From the NCBI GenBank assembly GCA_965637545.1, contig OZ281501.1, forward strand, positions 17,112,001 to 17,176,000: a stretch of 64,000 nt of DNA, written 5' to 3'. Below the pieces are notes generated by a model. It saw nothing but the letters and a program-made list of their open reading frames with translations. It searched no databases and was not told where the DNA came from. This document shows, in pieces, positions 57,321 through 64,000 of this stretch. Position 1 is the stretch's first letter. Each line of letters begins with the position of its first letter. Origin of the DNA: Phallusia mammillata (lineage: Eukaryota). A program made the translations under genes and the position numbers.

Positions 57321-60300
57321 TTACGCCAATGCGCTATGCGACAAAGTGAAGTTACTGAGGTCACTCAAGCGTTTCCCAAGCTGCGTACATGTGATTGGTA
57401 GATATGTGTCACATGACTGAGTCATCTGCACCACGACTTTGGGTCCAGGTTCGTATTTGCTGCTTGTGGTACTGAATGACGACGTGGTGCCGATCGTCGA
57501 ATATACGGTTGAAATAGAAGTCGATGTTCTGCTTTCCATAGTCACAGTGCTCGCTAACGTAGTGGTTGTCGCGTAGTTTGTGTGCAACGGTGGCGCTACA
57601 CAGTCGATTTTCGGTGATTTGCATGGGGCGGGCGTGTCCTGAAGGAACTCTTTCGGTAAAGGGCGCTTCTTTTTCGGCAGAGGACAACTGGTCGTGCGCT
57701 GAATAACGCTCACAGGCGCTGACTGTTGTTCTGTTTTGTGACCGAGCGTGTGTGACTCAATCGCTCTTCCGTCCTCCCCTTGCTTCCTGTTTACCGCACA
57801 CACTAGATCACGTGTTTCGTGGTCACGTGGCTCGGTGGTGTCGTCATCGCACGATGTGGATTCGACTTCGCAACAATGCGAAAGCTCGAGTTCCTCACAA
57901 ACAACCGCGGAAGAATCGTCATCACTTTCGGCCGAGGAATCTGCAAAATGCAAAAAAGCTGAGTCAGCAAAAATGCAATAGGAAGTTTCTGATGCAGGGA
58001 AAACCCAATATGCAGTAACTGTTCCCCAGCCTGACGTGTGTTTCTGTTGCCCGCAATTTTCGTGCACCACGTAATCGATTTTGCATTACTTCCTGGTTTA
58101 AATACAGGTTTGGCAATTCACACTAGCTGTGTTGGCCTGAAACGGACGCTTGCCTGGCAACTATGGCCTATGACGCAGATGCGCTGATTTGGCATAAAAC
58201 ACCGGAATCCAAAGTCCGGTGGCATTTTGGATTGCCACTATTGCGTAACTAGACCCAACCGGCACAGCAGTCTGAGTGTTTACCAGCGAGTGGCTGTTAC
58301 AACTCGTGGTTTATGCTAGTTGTACATTAACCCTACGGTTTTATGACATAATGAGCTCAGTAAAAGCGACGTATACAACAGGATGTGAACTCTGGTCTAA
58401 TTCCGAGCTATAAACAATTTCATCTCTACATGGCGCATTGCGTTTACAGCCTAACACACATATGTTGGTCAAGCGGATGAACCAATACAAAACATCCATG
58501 GGATTTAAGCTGGACTAGTTCACAGCGGGTAACCATTAAGTCGGTATTGTACCATTTCTATGCTTAAAACGACTGTGCAGATATTTTAGCAAAAACAAAT
58601 GTTGCTATGGCCAAAGGATATAGTACAAAAGCGTCAAATCATGGACCCATATGGCTGTGTTTGTATACACTATATACACCCTACAGAAACTTTATTCAGT
58701 CATGGATGTTTTTGAAAGTAGCGCTTTCCTAACCACTGCTACTAATATTTTGATATTATACGAAAGATTCTGCACAAGTAAGGACATTTACCTTTGTCGG
58801 TGGCTTCGGGGAGGTGTTGAAATGACATGACATGCGCCGTGTTGACCGAAACCGACACAGGCTGGGTGACTTGGGAAATTCGCGAAACAGTGACATCCGT
58901 GTTCGTCACGCATGATTGCAGCGCGGACGGTGAGACAGGTGAAGCGTTGCAGGAAATATCATCATCAGTTTCCGCGAGGTAGGTCTTGGATTCTGCGCAA
59001 ATAAAGAAACGAGGGTTTAAATGCCTTTCACGGGTCGGTGGGGCTGTTTCCAGCGGAATGACTTCAAGCGGTCAACAAAAGGACGACTGCAACTTAATAG
59101 CGGTGTGAGCCTTTTGTCGACTGGTAACTTAATCTTGCAGAGGCCAAGAATACAACCCAACGTGATGTTGTCGCGAATGTGGTGACAAAACATAGGAGAA
59201 ACAGTTTTTAAAAACATCGGCACGAAGGCTTAAAGTTACACGCAAAGTTTTTTGTTACACCGCTTCATTCGATACTAGAGACCAAAACTCATGTTTTGCG
59301 GTTTGTTAAGTTGTATCAGATTGCTGGTGGTGACTCTGCACGGCTGGTGACAACTGACAAGCATTGCTGCGAAAATTTACAACGGACCATTCAGTGATTG
59401 CCTAGCGGCGCTGCAAACGATTAACGTCGCTACGTTTGTTTACAATAGCGACGACGTCTGGTCAACGTCCCGATGGACATCTGCCGACCGACAACGGGTG
59501 GTCGTCTCGCCAACGGCTGGTAATTGATAAAACAAGGACAATCGAGAGGTCAGCGCTGTTTAGAAACTGATAAGCAATTAAGAAGCTTTGTCGTTGCGCT
59601 GCGCGACAGTCATTCCCATTTAAGAATTTCAATTAATCTCCAAAAAGCCTTTCAGTTAATTACTCTCCATGGGAAGGCAACAAATGGCCGTTCTTTCACT
59701 GTTAGTCACGATGAATCCATTATCATTGGAGCGACGAAATCTTGGGATTCATTCAAGCGAGCATCCGCGGAAAACACAACAAAAGATTGTGTTTTCAGCG
59801 CATCTCCGTCCGTACTTCTGCGCACTACAAGCGCCGGGAAAACAACCCATATTTCAAGTGCAAAGAGCAATACTGACAGGAATGCCAAAGAGAGGAACGC
59901 CCCAAGGAGGCGGGCCTTTCAACAAAACCACACAAAGACGCGGATTTTCACTCCCAGAGCGATATAGAGACAAGGCTTAACGTAATCCCCTCTCTTTTAA
60001 CTCGCAGTTCGCTTACTGTTTATCTTCGCTTCAATGCGCCTTAAGAGTGCCGGCCCGCTGCGCATGTTCGGCGGACAAAAACGGTGGAAACAAAAATAGA
60101 AGCTGACTCAAATTTCGTAGCAGCTCGTTGAAAAGAAATAATGCCGCACCATTTGAATGGTAAATTACTTCTGAACGGTGCTGCCCTAGAATGAAATTGG
60201 GTGCAGCCGCTCCGCAACGGAAAGGTCAATTGGCATTGGGAAGTAATAATAACTGTTTCTGGGTTCTGACCGTGGGACCATTTTGTTCTCAATCACCATT

Positions 60301-61274
60301 AGCGGGTCAGTTGTAGTCACGTAGCATGTTAGCGGCTACAAACCATAGCGTTTGGTCAACACATAACAGTGTTGCACATAACACATAGCAAACACTCATC
60401 AGTGCAATGGATGTGTGCATGCGCCAGCAACAGTTTTACGACGCAGTGGAAGCAAAGACGGAAGAACCAATTTAGTCATCACGCTTGTGCTATATTAGGA
60501 CAGACACATTTTCCACTAACGCGGGTCGCGAGTACAGCAAACTAGGCGTGTGAAAATTCATCAGGCCCGCTGCCATTATCATCGACCGTCTTCCTGCTAT
60601 TTCCTCTAACGCTAACGGGAAGTTACATCACTGCGCGCGCTTTGTGTTGCTGCCAAGCTTGCGTGTGTGTGCATGCATGCGTGCATGATGAATAATCACA
60701 CGTGCGAAAACATAGTAAGCGACGCGATATATTAACAAAACACGAAATTTACACTTTTGGCATCTCATCATATTACTGCACTGCCAGCAAATGCCTTTAA
60801 TGACCGCAAAAACCAAAGGTCGTGTTACAGCCAACTGCACACATTATATGCGTCAGACTATTTGTGCCATGGTCTTACATTGGGACATTACTGCTTTACA
60901 GAGAAACTAACGGTGCCTTACAGCAATACTTGTGTTTGTGCTACTTAAACCTAATTAAAATATTTACCTGAATTTCGTCTTTTGTCAATATCCTTCACAG
61001 TGTTTTCGTTGATTTGTAGGTCTTCGCATTCCCTTTTAAAACTATTGGATCGCATTTCCGATATTGTGTTCGTTACGATCGTGTAGTCGTCCTCAAGGTA
61101 AGCGCATCGTACCTCCTGTAATACGTGTGCGACGAGAAGGGCTTTACGAAGATCCATTCCGCGGGACTTTCGATCGCTGCGCCCGGCCAAACTAGGCCCA
61201 CCGGCGCCCGATGTCATTTTGTCGATTGAAATGCTGATGAGATGCTGTAATTCGGCATCCATGTCCAACAGCAT
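57321..61274 (-). CDS. IER2/5/5L: Immediate early response (IER2/IER5/IER5L family) protein, 2 exons, 308 aa
   Basis: Exon 1 61274-60968 (307 nt, TCAG|GTAAAT) and exon 2 57940-57321 (TTTTGCAG|, 620 nt) total 927 nt in frame. The N-terminal LQHLISISIDKM...GMDLRKALLVAHVLQEVRCAY matches the IER pattern (I.SISL.K...G..L.K.LLV..VL...R..Y). Then a low-complexity S/T-rich body with a PKKKRP NLS-like motif. Confidence 0.82.
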
Positions 61275-61977
61275 TTTTAATGTTCTTTCAAAAAGAGAGT
61301 CTTTCTAAACAAGAATATGTTGGCATGTTTAAGAGACACCACTGAACAGTATTCAAAACAACAACAAACTTTAACACAACACAGTACTCTAGTCTCGTCT
61401 CGCTTGGCCTTAAACACTAATCCAACTGTTAGGACATCAGTCCAACTGTACAAGAATCAGTGAATATATGTAATACACCAATTGCTAGTTCAATACAATC
61501 TGGCATCTGTCCATAGCGCTGTCCACTATCCAGAATATATTACCCTGATGGAAACCCAAGTTCTCGACAAACAACATGCGTTTGTTTCCAGCAGTTTCAA
61601 GCCACAAAGGCTTTGTTTGTACACAATGACAATTGTATCCAACACTTATATACCTTTTGCAGTAACCAGCGCTCTAACTTGCCAACAAAACACAAGCAAC
61701 TAGCTAGGACAGGAAAATTAGAATGGCTACCACGAGGGCTTATCTTCATAGGGCAGATATGAGTGTTGTAAACCGAGTGCTGGAGGCCTTTTTCCCTTTT
61801 CAACTGCCTGCTCCAAAACCCTTTTTCCTCATGCCCTTCGCGCCACTTCTATTGATCCGGCAACGAGCGCTCGGCAATCGACTGCGTGTTTCCCTATTTT
61901 CGTACGAACGGCTGGAAGGGCACTCCGCGCTATTGATCTATCGACCCACCTAATCCAGCCACTAAAATGAGCGCCGA

Positions 61978-62090
61978 ATTACGTCACAATGCTGCAGCGC
62001 TCTTTTTCTCTTTGTCTATTTGTGGTTGAGCGCGCAGCGGACCCGTGAGACCTCGCGATCGATTCAGGCGAGTGAATGTGCGTCACAATG
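61978..62090. promoter_or_regulatory. Paired CRE-like elements upstream of the IER gene
   Basis: ATTACGTCACAATG 61978-61991 and TGCGTCACAATG 62079-62090, about 700-800 bp upstream of the IER ATG, in a CpG-rich patch. Confidence 0.5.
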
Positions 62091-64000
62091 GATGGTTCGA
62101 ATATAGTGTGTGTGCGCGCTCGAGCCTTGTATGTTTTGAAACGCAGCGCACCACTGCGTGAATCTTTCAGTGCGTTGCGCAACTTTGTTTTGGCGGGCAA
62201 GGAGGAAAAACGTTCCTTCCGCGAACCTTTACTACACTACCGGTTCGTTTTAACTGTCTTGCACGATTTTTGTATTGACTGTTACTGCTATAAACTGGTT
62301 AATCTTCAAGCGTCAGTATTTTGGCGTGTACATTTAATAGAATAAATTCTAGGCCATAAATAATTTACAGTGACTGGGGACATTCTATGTATAGACGGTG
62401 TAAAATAAAACCTAGCTTTTGTGGAATCAAATTGAGATTACAGCTTTTCACAACCGATAAAATCGAACGAACATCACACCACTTAACTGCTGGAAACGTC
62501 ATCTTTTGTTGTTGAGATAAGAGGCCAATCACAAAAGTGAGTCAGTTTCAAACACTTTTGTTCTTATTGTTTACCGAGGTTAAATCATCAAGGTCTTAAA
62601 AGCATAAAGGAGAATTGTTGCCGCATTTAATTACCCAACAAATATGGCGTTGTTAGGTACCAGCAGCCTACCTGTGTCATAAAATATTCACATGCCACGT
62701 AGTGTATATATGGAAGTATAAGCTTCCGCCTATACATACCAATTTCCTTAATGTATCCTCTTCGGATATTGTACGCGTACATTTAGAGCAGCCTTAGCAA
62801 TAACAGCGAAATAAAACTCTGGAGTTACACAACATGTAGTGTAGCCTTATGAAAGTCCTCCTGCATGACTGTATTGGGCATTTGTCAAATTACCGGTTAT
62901 GTCAGCTTCCACAACCGACATGTAACACGACGGGAGGGGCCTGGGTATAGAGTTACAGGGCACAAATTTCCCGTAGCTATAAAAAATTAATGAGCATGTT
63001 ACATCCGCAGCATAATGCTGGCAACCGTAGTGCTCGGTCGTATGGTGCAACGGAGCATTCTTCAATACCCTTGGGGTTCTTAGCCTTACATGTTGAACCA
63101 TCTACTAAGGCCATCAGCACAATTCCCTAATGTAGAGTACAAGCATGGAAACGTCGGCAGTAGTTCAATCATGCCTAATACATCCCGTCTGGTCTAGCTG
63201 TCAGAAGTAATTGCTTCATCCAGTAAGTCGATTAGGATGGAGCCCATGACATTTTCACCACTGTTACAGCACTAATTTTGGGTTACTTTGTAGTGGCAAC
63301 AGTTTAAGTTGTTTTTTGTCATCTGTGGCCGTGTGATGTACATGGGTCTTAGGGTACGGCAAATATATCTTTTGAAGTTTTCTTTGACATTAATTTGATT
63401 TTCAGATGTCATGTTTCGTAAAAATGTGCTTGACTAAGTCTCAATATATAAACTGCTGCTGTCAGGCACAATACATCGACTGAATGATGCCCTTTTGGCA
63501 AAGGTATTGTTTTCACCGACGTTTCAACGTCCTATTAAGGTCGCCTTTATCAGGGTAATAACACTCCAACCGCCAAGTAAAGTATGGTATGAATATGAAA
63601 TGACAGCACAGAATAACGTACGAAAATGGTATGCGCTAAGAAGTGGTAACATGATATTTTTGCTGATCAATAGTCATTGGACTTTGTGTTGAGTACTACA
63701 CTTCAGTTCAAGAGTACAGCAACACCGCGATTGACAGGCGTTTGATGCACTTCCCTAAGTAACTGGTGCATTATGATGCAACAATGCGGCGGACAGCAAC
63801 ACAATCACCACGCCACTTCTAGTCAGGACAAACCGGCCTTAGCTTCCACGTTTCAGGCCGCCGAAAAAGGGCGGTAACAAATATATCAACCCTCGTGTTT
63901 CGTCATAGCGGGCAACGTGGCGCGTTTGGTGCCAAATAATTCACGCGGGTCTTGTGATCGCGAAGCCAGACAGTGGACCACGTGATCGCGCCGAGCATAT

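Noticed and set aside
57409-58018. Overlapping ORFs 57409-57687, 57748-57981 and 57752-58018, and the 5' part of ORF 57321-58070
   Set aside because: Shadow frames of IER exon 2; the sequence upstream of 57940 is intron.
1-64000. CRISPR arrays, rRNA, tRNA, prokaryotic operons or defence systems, autonomous transposase or RT ORFs
   Set aside because: None seen; the window is intron-containing eukaryotic DNA with only non-autonomous elements.

Overview
This is an AT-rich eukaryotic genomic window with no bacterial features. It is most likely from an ascidian tunicate. That is an inference from an exact match to the Ciona-type spliced-leader 16-mer as I recall it, ascidian-like CRE/T-box/E-box clusters, short introns and hAT MITEs. 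Genes, left to right: (1) the first four exons of PIGK/GPI8 (minus, 22148-22993), with no further PIGK exon found in the 22 kb to the left, which is non-coding and dense in promoter/enhancer-like islands; (2) PARP2 with an intronless CDS (plus, 24358-25983), whose N-terminus is in register with the histone H3 tail; (3) a decayed PARP2 catalytic-domain duplicate interrupted by a hAT MITE with a perfect 8-bp TSD; (4) eIF6 with an intronless CDS (minus); (5) a 19-coding-exon choline transporter-like SLC44 gene (plus, 32018-52197, 757 aa) with two alternative myristoyl/palmitoyl-type first coding exons, an antisense ankyrin-MYND gene nested between them, and several intronic MITEs; (6) a two-exon IER-family immediate-early gene (minus, 57321-61274) flanked by CRE clusters. 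The best leads are the H3-tail-like PARP2 N-terminus, the duplicated acylated N-termini with a nested gene, the missing PIGK 3' half, and an antisense spliced-leader sequence just upstream of a 3' splice site. All coordinates were read by hand; no database search was run.
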